DNA of 43,416 nucleotides from a virus. Taxonomy: Duplodnaviria; Caudoviricetes. The translations under genes were made by a program, and so were the position numbers. Below the pieces are notes generated by a model. That model saw only the letters and a program-made list of their open reading frames with translations. It was not told the DNA's origin and made no database searches. The stretch is from positions 1-43,416 of the IMG/VR virus record IMGVR_UViG_3300014656_000009; one strand, written 5' to 3'. Numbering within the stretch: position 1 is the first letter of the stretch; each line of letters begins with the position of its first letter. Positions 19,235 through 27,352 of the stretch are shown one piece after another.

Positions 19235-19768
19235 ATGTTTAGAAAAGCTCTGGTTTTAGCTGGTGTGATTCTGGCCTTGAATTTGATCTGGACAGGTCAG
19301 CCGGTGCAGGCACAGGACGAACCTTCGACGTTCGTGAAAGCGTCTGAGGGTGTTTCCGCTACTACAAATGATTGGAAGCAGGGCAAAGTCGAGCAGTTCT
19401 TTGACGGCGAAATTCTCAGGCTTATCTGGGGAAATTTCGCTATGGGCTATCAGTATCAGGTATTAGAAGTCGAGGGCGATGCCGTTACCGATCATGCCGT
19501 GCGATCCTATTACTTTCTGCACAGTCCCAAGCATCAGTCGAAACTGGTCTCTCCATACTTCTTCTTTGCGCCTAGCTTAACGCAGGGAATAGAGACTTCA
19601 GACAGTAAACTCGGCGAAGGAAGCTGGGCATTGGGCTTCGGCATTCTTTTGCCGGATTGGGAAACTCTGAAAAGCACAAATTTCCTTTTTGAGATTGGCT
19701 ACAAGAATGTCAACAAAGAATCTGTCCTGGGGCTGTCCTTCGGGACGATGTTCGGGCGAGATCCGTAA
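19235..19768 (+). CDS. Putative small outer-membrane beta-barrel protein with signal peptide
   Basis: MFRKALVLAGVILALNLIWTGQPVQA|Q; alternating hydrophobic strands (SPYFFFAP, WALGFGILL, FLFEIGY, LGLSFGTMF) with a near-terminal Phe. Confidence 0.68.
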   Translation: MFRKALVLAGVILALNLIWTGQPVQAQDEPSTFVKASEGVSATTNDWKQGKVEQFFDGEILRLIWGNFAMGYQYQVLEVEGDAVTDHAVRSYYFLHSPKHQSKLVSPYFFFAPSLTQGIETSDSKLGEGSWALGFGILLPDWETLKSTNFLFEIGYKNVNKESVLGLSFGTMFGRDP

Positions 19769-20055
19769 TGAAAATGAATTGGAATACCCTGCATCATTTG
19801 TACATCGGCTGTCTGATCGGCTTCGGAGGCATAGGATGGCTGGCCGTTGCCCTTCCTACCAGGAGCCTGGAAGGAATTGTCTATGCTCTGGCCGTGGTTC
19901 TCGGCGGCTTCGGGTACGCCCTGGATGATGCCTTTCAGCACGCCTACAACTGGAACACGCCATTTCACAGGCTAGATGTTCTATTGAAGAAACTTCCAGT
20001 GTACCAAACAATTTGTGGTTGGTTAGATAAGACCTTTTTCAAAAAGGAGAAGTGA
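19768..20055 (+). CDS. Membrane protein with 2 TM segments (HHLYIG...DD..QH)
   Basis: Two hydrophobic helices flanked by His/Asp clusters; TAATG coupling. Confidence 0.7.
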   Translation: MKMNWNTLHHLYIGCLIGFGGIGWLAVALPTRSLEGIVYALAVVLGGFGYALDDAFQHAYNWNTPFHRLDVLLKKLPVYQTICGWLDKTFFKKEK

Positions 20056-20360
20056 TGGAATTTGGAACCTTCTTTGAATTGTTGGGAGTCGATCTCAAAG
20101 TTATCGCTGGATGTGTTCCGGCCATAATAGTCGCAACGAATTTCTTCAAACGGGTAATGAACCTGAAGAACAGCCAACACTATTTTGTGATCGGCGGAAT
20201 GAGTCTGCTCTTGGCCTTACGCTTTGGCCTTCCCGATCCGATAGCTGTGTTCTCTTATCTGGTAGCATTGCCATTGGCTTCTATCGGAGCATGGGAAAGT
20301 GCAAAGACATTGGTGCACAAGATGGGTAAACCGTCAACAAAAGAATTGGAGCTTAAGTAA
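20052..20360 (+). CDS. Holin-like membrane protein
   Basis: About 100 aa with 3 hydrophobic segments, ASIGAWE motif and a basic C-terminus. Confidence 0.6.
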   Translation: MMEFGTFFELLGVDLKVIAGCVPAIIVATNFFKRVMNLKNSQHYFVIGGMSLLLALRFGLPDPIAVFSYLVALPLASIGAWESAKTLVHKMGKPSTKELELK

Positions 20361-20563
20361 TGGCAGACACCGTAGACAAAAAAGAACTCTTTGAACTTCT
20401 CCGATTCCTTCTCGGTGACAAGGACAGACAGAAAGAGATAGCATCGAGGCTTGAGAAGATATTTAACCTATCTCAAACGGCAGAGGTCTTTGATGGTCTG
20501 GCAGCGGCTCAAGCTGTCGATACTGCCGTCAAAAAGCTGGACGAACTGATAGCCAAGAACTAA
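20360..20563 (+). CDS. Hypothetical helical protein, 67 aa
   Basis: TAATG coupling to the holin-like gene. Confidence 0.65.
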   Translation: MADTVDKKELFELLRFLLGDKDRQKEIASRLEKIFNLSQTAEVFDGLAAAQAVDTAVKKLDELIAKN

Positions 20564-20578
20564 GGGACCTGGTGTGGA

Positions 20579-20740
20579 ATGAAAGACAAAGAGCCGGAAG
20601 TAATCCGTTTTCGGGGCAAGGTGTATCCCGACAGTGAATGGATGCCTTGTTTTATTTGGGTGCCTCCGGCACAGAGAACGCACTTTCTGGAAGAGGAATG
20701 GATTGACGTTGAGGTTAGAAGGATAAAGGAAAAAAATTGA
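20579..20740 (+). CDS. Small protein, 53 aa (MKDKEPEVIRFRGKV...), possibly AbrB-like fold
   Basis: Translated by hand; fills the gap. Confidence 0.5.
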   Translation: MKDKEPEVIRFRGKVYPDSEWMPCFIWVPPAQRTHFLEEEWIDVEVRRIKEKN

Positions 20741-20840
20741 GGGTTAAAGTCCGTACGGCTGAGGCCCGGAGCAGCCGGTGTGAATACCGGACTCCGGGCT
20801 GAGAACACATTTCAATTTGTAACGGTTTCAGAGGATACCA

Positions 20841-21479
20841 ATGATAGATGGTCTGATCTTAGAGTTCGGTGTAATGGACGGAATGTCTATGAGACAACTG
20901 TGCAAAAGATTCCCAGGCAGAACCGTTTACGGCTTTGATTCCTTTTTAGGACTAAGGGAAAAATGGTGCAAGCATAAAGCTGGAGAGTTTGCCTCCTCCA
21001 TTCCTCGAAAGTTGCCACCGAACGCACGCCTGGTTATTGGCTGGATTGAGGACACATTGCCAAAATTCTTGAAAGACCACCCTGCGAACGTCGCCTTTGT
21101 TCACGTTGACATAGATACCTATTCTACCGCTAAGTTCATCTTGGAGTCGATCAAAGAGCGCTTGATTTCCAAGTCAGTCATACTGTTCGATGAATATTGG
21201 AATTATCCGGGATATGAGAATTACGAGTATCGGGCATGGTGGGAGTTTGTAATCGCAAACCCGGGCATCCAGGTATCTCAATCCCCGGATCATCTTGACA
21301 TAATTCGCCGGAGATTCAGAGATTATCCTCTTGGGCGTTTACTGCATCCGGCTCGTGTTGTTCGATCCTTGTTACGGAGATTATTTAACAGGCAAAAGCC
21401 ACAAATGGCATTTTGTATTGAGAGAGAGCCATGCCCTAGCCAACCCGTTTCACTTTGTAACAGTTTGAAATATGATTAA
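20841..21479 (+). CDS. Class I SAM-dependent O-methyltransferase, TylF/MycF/NovP-like
   Basis: LEFGV..G.S, YGFDSF.GL, GWIEDTL, FVHVDIDTYS and ILFDEY motifs. Confidence 0.88.
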   Translation: MIDGLILEFGVMDGMSMRQLCKRFPGRTVYGFDSFLGLREKWCKHKAGEFASSIPRKLPPNARLVIGWIEDTLPKFLKDHPANVAFVHVDIDTYSTAKFILESIKERLISKSVILFDEYWNYPGYENYEYRAWWEFVIANPGIQVSQSPDHLDIIRRRFRDYPLGRLLHPARVVRSLLRRLFNRQKPQMAFCIEREPCPSQPVSLCNSLKYD

Positions 21480-22065
21480 AAAATTCTGCCTTATCATAAT
21501 CGGTCTGCTGATCTCGTGGGGACAATACTGCTATGCCGACAGCGAAATTCTGTACCCTGAAGATGATTACGATACTTTTTGGTTTCCGTCTACTGGATCG
21601 GATCGTTGGGCAATGGTGGACGATCCAGCGGGAAGCCCCGACGACTGGACTACTTATGTGTATACCGTTACTTTGAACGCCCGGAATGCAATGGTGTTTC
21701 AAAATACGTCCTTTACCACCATCGACAGCCTCTATCTCTTTGTAAGAGCGGCCTGCTTTGGAGGAAACGGAATTGATACCCTTGAACTCGGCTATATATT
21801 GGAAGGCGAAACTCCCTCTTGGCAGGAGATTTGTGATGTTGTAATCACGACCACGATTACTAATTTTACTTGTAAATTGACTGGTGAATGGTCTCAATCA
21901 ACGGTAAATAGTCGAGTTTACGGCTTTGCTGCCCAGACCCCTGAAGAGCAACAGTGGGTGACGCAGTGCTATTTGACGGTGTATGGAGAAGCGGCACCAC
22001 CAAGTGGAAAGCCACGTCAGCCTATTGTCAGAGACATAGAAGATGGAGGAGGAATAGTTCGATGA
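21472..22065 (+). CDS. Exported beta-sandwich protein, probable tail appendage, with signal peptide
   Basis: MIKKFCLIIIGLLISWGQYCYA|DSE; C-terminal DIEDGGGIVR. Confidence 0.6.
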   Translation: MIKKFCLIIIGLLISWGQYCYADSEILYPEDDYDTFWFPSTGSDRWAMVDDPAGSPDDWTTYVYTVTLNARNAMVFQNTSFTTIDSLYLFVRAACFGGNGIDTLELGYILEGETPSWQEICDVVITTTITNFTCKLTGEWSQSTVNSRVYGFAAQTPEEQQWVTQCYLTVYGEAAPPSGKPRQPIVRDIEDGGGIVR

Positions 22066-23549
22066 AGAAATTAGCTTTGTTAGCAATGATGTTCTGTCTT
22101 TTAACCGGCTATTCCTTTGCGGAAAGTCCCTATGACCTCAAGCAGTTTATCACCGTCACTTACGATACTGCTTACTATCCTACGCTTGCCGATGTGGATT
22201 CCGTCCAGGGTTTCTTTGTCTTCAACGGTAATGAAATTTACGACACGACTCTTACGACTTCACTTATGACAGGCTACTATCTCCGAGAGACCAACGTCTG
22301 CAACTGGTACGATACGGATTCACTAGGGGCATGGGGATATGTCACAAGGGCTTGGTGCTGTGGAGCGACAATAACCGGGGGCAAGTCGTGGAGTTATACG
22401 GTTAAGATCGATCCGCTTGAACGAGATAGAAATGCAAAGATTCTTTTTGTCAAGCCAGACGCAGACGCTGTTATTGGTGGGACGGGATGTACTTGGATTG
22501 ATGCCTGTTCACTCAGTACGGTTCAGGCGAGGGCGACCGGAGCAAGTGAATATACTATCTATGTAGCACCAGGGATATATTCAGACGTAGAGATTGATTG
22601 GACAGTTTCGGCACCAACGAAAATCTTTGGAGCGGGAATAAATTCAAGCATACTGATTGGCAAAAAAGACGTGTCCAGTGGATTAGGGTCTCATTACGTT
22701 TTTAGAATGAACTCGGCAGATACATCTGCGGTAGAGTTTGCCGGATTCACTGTCCAATCTTTCCGGGCATCGACCGGTGATTATGATTCGGTTACCCATT
22801 GGGGCGTTTATCCTTTGATAAGTAGGGGCTGGTACATGCATGATTGTCTGATTCGTGGCTTTTATTATGGCATACAAACCTGCGGGGCTTCTATTTATGG
22901 TCGGTTTGAAGATAACAGGATATTGCATTCCGTTAGTATGCCTATGAAAATAGAGGGTGGATCGGGGAATTTGTTTAGAGATAACGCAATAGATTCAGTT
23001 ACGGGATCTGCGGCGGTCGGCATCAATGTTAGTAGCACCAGTTACGATAACATTTTCACGAGCAATATTGTCGCCATGAACAAGGGAAGAGCTATTTATT
23101 GTGCTTCCGGAACCAAGAGGAATATTTTTGCGAATAACTCCCTTTCTGCTACAGGGGATTCGGTTATAGTTGATGCCGGTGATAATGTTTTTATCGGAAA
23201 CCACAGGCGAAGCCAGTCAGCCGATCCGCAAACGCTTGAAGATGACCTAGCTGTTCTTGAAGGATATGTAGATGGCATAGAGACCAAGACCAATAACCTT
23301 CCTGCTGATCCTGCCTCAGAGACAAATGTGAATGCCAACGAAACCAAGATTGATGTGATTGATGGCATTGTTGATGGGATCGCAGCCTTCCTCGGAGCAA
23401 CCGACGGTGATTATTTTATATTCTATCCGCTAGGTTCAGCCAACAAGGATAGCCTAAGAGCATTTAATTCAGCAGATGCTTGTGTAGGAACAATGTATTT
23501 CCTTCATACCGGCTCTGTCATAGATAGCACAAGGTGGGAGAAATGGTAA
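22062..23549 (+). CDS. Tailspike-like right-handed beta-helix protein with signal peptide (start corrected from 21954)
   Basis: GGAGGAGG RBS; MKKLALLAMMFCLLTGYSFA|E; IYVAPGIY, IFGAG and Asn-ladder repeats; C-terminal coiled coil. Confidence 0.75.
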   Translation: MKKLALLAMMFCLLTGYSFAESPYDLKQFITVTYDTAYYPTLADVDSVQGFFVFNGNEIYDTTLTTSLMTGYYLRETNVCNWYDTDSLGAWGYVTRAWCCGATITGGKSWSYTVKIDPLERDRNAKILFVKPDADAVIGGTGCTWIDACSLSTVQARATGASEYTIYVAPGIYSDVEIDWTVSAPTKIFGAGINSSILIGKKDVSSGLGSHYVFRMNSADTSAVEFAGFTVQSFRASTGDYDSVTHWGVYPLISRGWYMHDCLIRGFYYGIQTCGASIYGRFEDNRILHSVSMPMKIEGGSGNLFRDNAIDSVTGSAAVGINVSSTSYDNIFTSNIVAMNKGRAIYCASGTKRNIFANNSLSATGDSVIVDAGDNVFIGNHRRSQSADPQTLEDDLAVLEGYVDGIETKTNNLPADPASETNVNANETKIDVIDGIVDGIAAFLGATDGDYFIFYPLGSANKDSLRAFNSADACVGTMYFLHTGSVIDSTRWEKW

Positions 23550-25900
23550 TGAAAAAGATCGTCCTTCTGATTCTGTTCTTAGTCTTATCCCCATTGGCAC
23601 GGGCTACGACGTTTTATCTCGATTATGAGAATGGCAATGATACTAACAACGGAACAACCTGGGCTTTGGCTTGGAAGACCTTAACCACGGGAGCTACGGA
23701 AGCAAGGATAACCGCAGGTGATGTTATCCGCATTGCTAAATCGCCAGAGCCGGTTAGTTTGGGCAGTGTTACATGGACGGACAATTCGGCGACGGTTACT
23801 TTAGCTTCTGCGGCCACTGCAAACATAGATGACGGTGAAGTGGCCTGGACTGCATCTGCCGACGTGACTGCCACGGCCAGCAGCACGTATGAGAAAGAGG
23901 GAACTAACTCTGCAAAACTGGTAATAGCTGGTGAATTCACTACTGGCATAATTGCTTACAAACAGATCAGCGATACGGATTTTTCTGATTATGATGAAAC
24001 GACATTTTGGCTAAGGACAACGGCGGCTATTGCGGCTAACTGTCTTAGGCTTGACCTGTGTTCCGATATTGCTGGGGTGACGGTTGTAGACAGCATGATA
24101 ATCGACCATGCTCTTGTCTCTGGATATTTTTATCCGATTCACATAGACAATGGCGGAGCTTTGGGCAGTAGTATTCAATCGGTAGCTCTTTATGCTCGGA
24201 CTGATCCTGGGAGCGTGACAATCTACATTGATAATATCTTGGCCTGTAATGGTTTTAACCTGACCAGTTTGATTGGCAAAAACACGGATGCCGAAAGCTG
24301 GTGGACGATCAAATCCATAAATGGCACAACCGTAATCTTGGGCAATGTTGCCGATTATGGATCGACGGTTAGAAAATATCAGGGGGCCTCGGAGGGAGTG
24401 ACCAGCTATTACAGAGAGACCATAAAAACTACGTTGGCGACTTCAACCACAATCAATGTACAGCAGATAATGGATGCAGGCACTTATGGTGGTAACAGCA
24501 TAACTTTTTCCGGCGGTTGGAATACGTCAACTACAGAACAGGATGGTGAAACTTGGTTCGATGGGATTAATGGGCTGGGAAATGGAATATATATGAGTGC
24601 CAAGGATTACATTACGTTCGACAACATTAGTCTGACACGTTACTATATTGGGATTTATGCCACTAACACAGAGTACACTTACGGAGTGAACATAACATCC
24701 AACGGAAATCAGCTATATGGAATCCATTTGAATATCTCGACTATGCACAGCGAATGGGATACTTTGACTGCAAATCAAAATGTCCAAGCAGGATTGGTCT
24801 TTGAACAAGAGTGCAACAGCCATACTGTGACTGTTGGGCGTTTTTATTCCAATACCAGCGGCGTTACCTGGGGATCCAATGCAAGCTCTAATGGTTGCCA
24901 TTTAGATTCCTGCTATGCTTACGGAAATCAGGCCAGGGGATTCCATTGCAGTAACACCAATGATGCGGTCATAAAGAATAGTCATACCAAAAACAATATC
25001 ACTTGTGGAATTATTTGCGACAACTCCCAAGTCTATTTTTACAACTGTCTGCTTGAAGAGGCATCGGAAATGAACTGGGGTGCCAGTGGAGAATCTAAAA
25101 CATCCTTTATCCGCAGTCATAGACACGATCAGGTGGAGGATAGGTTTAAGGACTGGTATCCGTTGGGCATGATTACGGATCAGATTACTGCTGGACAGGA
25201 GGCTAGCTGGGCTAGGGGTGGATCAGGGTTGTGCGTTTATTTGGCTCCGCTTAGTACCATATATCCCCTAGAGTTTGTCTTCAAAGTGCCTGTAAGCGAT
25301 GGCGTAGCTTTTACGGTTAGCTTTTATGTGAAAAAGACAGGTGAAGACCCAACTCTTACATTTTCCTCTTATGGTGCTGGAATCACACCGATTAACGATG
25401 CCTCTGTCACCGTAACCACAAGCTGGGCTCAATACACTTCTAGCAGCATGACACCAACAGAAAATGGGTTTGTCGAAATAACTTTAAAAGCACTGGATTC
25501 ATGGCCAGAGGGTGACATTGGGATCGACGATATTTCTATCTCTGCTGGAGGGTACAGTGATTTTGGTGAATGTGATTATTGGTACTACGGAGCAATAGAT
25601 GGAGGAATCGTAGGATCATATTTTGGTTCAATGGACAGATGGTATTACGGCTCGCCTGATGGAGGGATTACTGATGCCTCAGCCGTTGAGGGCGACACCA
25701 TAACCTATATGCGAATCAAAGGCGACTGGAGATTCAGGTCGTCTTATACGAGCGGTGCAGATTATATGAGGGCGATGGATTGGAGGTTTCAGGATACGAC
25801 TTATGTATCCGGTTTGCCGGGTGGAATTGTAAGGATTCACGGCGACGAGGGGATTTTGAAGATACACGATGAGGATGGAATAGTTAGAATTCACAGATAA
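23549..25900 (+). CDS. Tailspike-like beta-helix plus carbohydrate-binding-like domains, with signal peptide (start corrected from 23534)
   Basis: MKKIVLLILFLVLSPLARA|TTFYLDYENGNDTNNGTTWALAWKT...AGDVIRI is a typical beta-helix cap; parallel beta-helix repeats follow. Confidence 0.75.
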   Translation: MKKIVLLILFLVLSPLARATTFYLDYENGNDTNNGTTWALAWKTLTTGATEARITAGDVIRIAKSPEPVSLGSVTWTDNSATVTLASAATANIDDGEVAWTASADVTATASSTYEKEGTNSAKLVIAGEFTTGIIAYKQISDTDFSDYDETTFWLRTTAAIAANCLRLDLCSDIAGVTVVDSMIIDHALVSGYFYPIHIDNGGALGSSIQSVALYARTDPGSVTIYIDNILACNGFNLTSLIGKNTDAESWWTIKSINGTTVILGNVADYGSTVRKYQGASEGVTSYYRETIKTTLATSTTINVQQIMDAGTYGGNSITFSGGWNTSTTEQDGETWFDGINGLGNGIYMSAKDYITFDNISLTRYYIGIYATNTEYTYGVNITSNGNQLYGIHLNISTMHSEWDTLTANQNVQAGLVFEQECNSHTVTVGRFYSNTSGVTWGSNASSNGCHLDSCYAYGNQARGFHCSNTNDAVIKNSHTKNNITCGIICDNSQVYFYNCLLEEASEMNWGASGESKTSFIRSHRHDQVEDRFKDWYPLGMITDQITAGQEASWARGGSGLCVYLAPLSTIYPLEFVFKVPVSDGVAFTVSFYVKKTGEDPTLTFSSYGAGITPINDASVTVTTSWAQYTSSSMTPTENGFVEITLKALDSWPEGDIGIDDISISAGGYSDFGECDYWYYGAIDGGIVGSYFGSMDRWYYGSPDGGITDASAVEGDTITYMRIKGDWRFRSSYTSGADYMRAMDWRFQDTTYVSGLPGGIVRIHGDEGILKIHDEDGIVRIHR

Positions 25901-25924
25901 GAATTAAGCTACAGGAGGTGCAGT

Positions 25925-27337
25925 ATGTACGGTAAGAGTAAATTGGGGAAGGCGATAACAGTCTTTCTCATGGTTTGCGTGGGCGGAAGTTTGCTTTATG
26001 GGCTGGCCTATGCAATCAATCGGACGACGGGCAGCAATACCTTTGCTGGTGAAGGCATTCGTATTGGAACGGGGCCTAATGACGATACGATTCACGTCTT
26101 TCAGGGCAGGGGATTATGGATTGACAATGATAGTCTCGTCGTTCTCTTAGGCCGTGGTCTGGCTTTCGATGGCGACAGTGCTATCGTCAACGCCGGAGAT
26201 GGATTGGATTTTAACGCTAATGCCTTGAAAGTTTTGACTGGATGGGGAACGAAGATCGACAATGATTCGGTCGTCTCTGATGTAGCAGAGCTTGACGATT
26301 ATTTCGTGACGATCTCTACTGTCCAGCAGATTACAGCGGTTAAAGGATTCAGCGATACGCTTCGCTTGGGGACAAATGACGCTGATGGAATTCTGTCAAT
26401 CTTCTCGGAGCAAGGCGGAATAGACTACAAGGTTGTAGTCAAGCCCCATGCGACAATGACTCAAGATGTAGTTCTAGTTCTGCCTCCCGACGATGGCGGA
26501 GCTTCAACATTTCTTAAGTCTGATGGATCAGGCAATCTTACTTGGGATACTCCACCTGGTGGTGATCCTGGATCGGCGATTCATGATTCCTTGAATACTC
26601 ATTGGACTATTTTCACTACTTCGGGCGCGGAAATCCACGACAGTTTAAACGCCAACTGGTCTACGTGGCTGGATGGAGATGCCAGCGAAGCGGACATACA
26701 CGATTCTTTAAATGCCCACTGGACAGCTTTCACAGCCGGAGAAGATGGATCGGAGGCCGATATTCACGACTCAATATACGCTAACACCGCAGGGTACGCC
26801 ACCAATAGCGAAATTCACGATTCTCTCTGGATTCAGGACTTTTGGAGTCCCACTAATTATGATGTAGATACTGTGACTGAGACGGGCTTTGAAATCTTTT
26901 ATCCGATTGAGATACGTGGTACACCCAGCCATTCAAACGTTGCTAGATTTTGCAACAACACTGGCTCTGACGATAAAATGGGGAGTGTGAATTGGAATGG
27001 CAGATTGCCTGGTGGTTTTCTGGCAGACGTAGACAGTTTTAACATTGGCTTTGTGACAACAGATACTGATACCCTCATCAGCAAGGTAAACATCGCTATC
27101 TATGCAATGAATGATAGAGAGGGGTGGCCGCCGGAGGATACGGTGAAGTTCTCTGGCAACAGCTATGCAAGTACTGTTGCAGATACCTGGAGATGGATAA
27201 GCATCGCAGCGGGTGATATTAGCCCGATTGCTGCTTTAAGCAAAGTGATCATTAGAGTTGAAGCCACCGCCGACGATGGTGAAATGGTACAAGTGGAAGG
27301 TCCGGACCAAATGGGTTTTTGGGCATTCAGAAAATAG
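25925..27337 (+). CDS. Tail-fibre-like protein with signal peptide, beta-spiral-like shaft repeats and IHDSL repeats
   Basis: AGGAGGTG RBS; ...VGGSLLYGLAYA|I; GxGL repeats; LPPDDG..FLKSDGSGNLTW fibre motif. Confidence 0.72.
   Translation: MYGKSKLGKAITVFLMVCVGGSLLYGLAYAINRTTGSNTFAGEGIRIGTGPNDDTIHVFQGRGLWIDNDSLVVLLGRGLAFDGDSAIVNAGDGLDFNANALKVLTGWGTKIDNDSVVSDVAELDDYFVTISTVQQITAVKGFSDTLRLGTNDADGILSIFSEQGGIDYKVVVKPHATMTQDVVLVLPPDDGGASTFLKSDGSGNLTWDTPPGGDPGSAIHDSLNTHWTIFTTSGAEIHDSLNANWSTWLDGDASEADIHDSLNAHWTAFTAGEDGSEADIHDSIYANTAGYATNSEIHDSLWIQDFWSPTNYDVDTVTETGFEIFYPIEIRGTPSHSNVARFCNNTGSDDKMGSVNWNGRLPGGFLADVDSFNIGFVTTDTDTLISKVNIAIYAMNDREGWPPEDTVKFSGNSYASTVADTWRWISIAAGDISPIAALSKVIIRVEATADDGEMVQVEGPDQMGFWAFRK
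26579..26830 (+). repeat. Five IHDS(L/I) repeats of about 18-23 aa
   Basis: AIHDSLNTHW, EIHDSLNANW, DIHDSLNAHW, DIHDSIYAN, EIHDSLW. Confidence 0.9.
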
Positions 27338-27352
27338 TATGAGAGATTGTCC

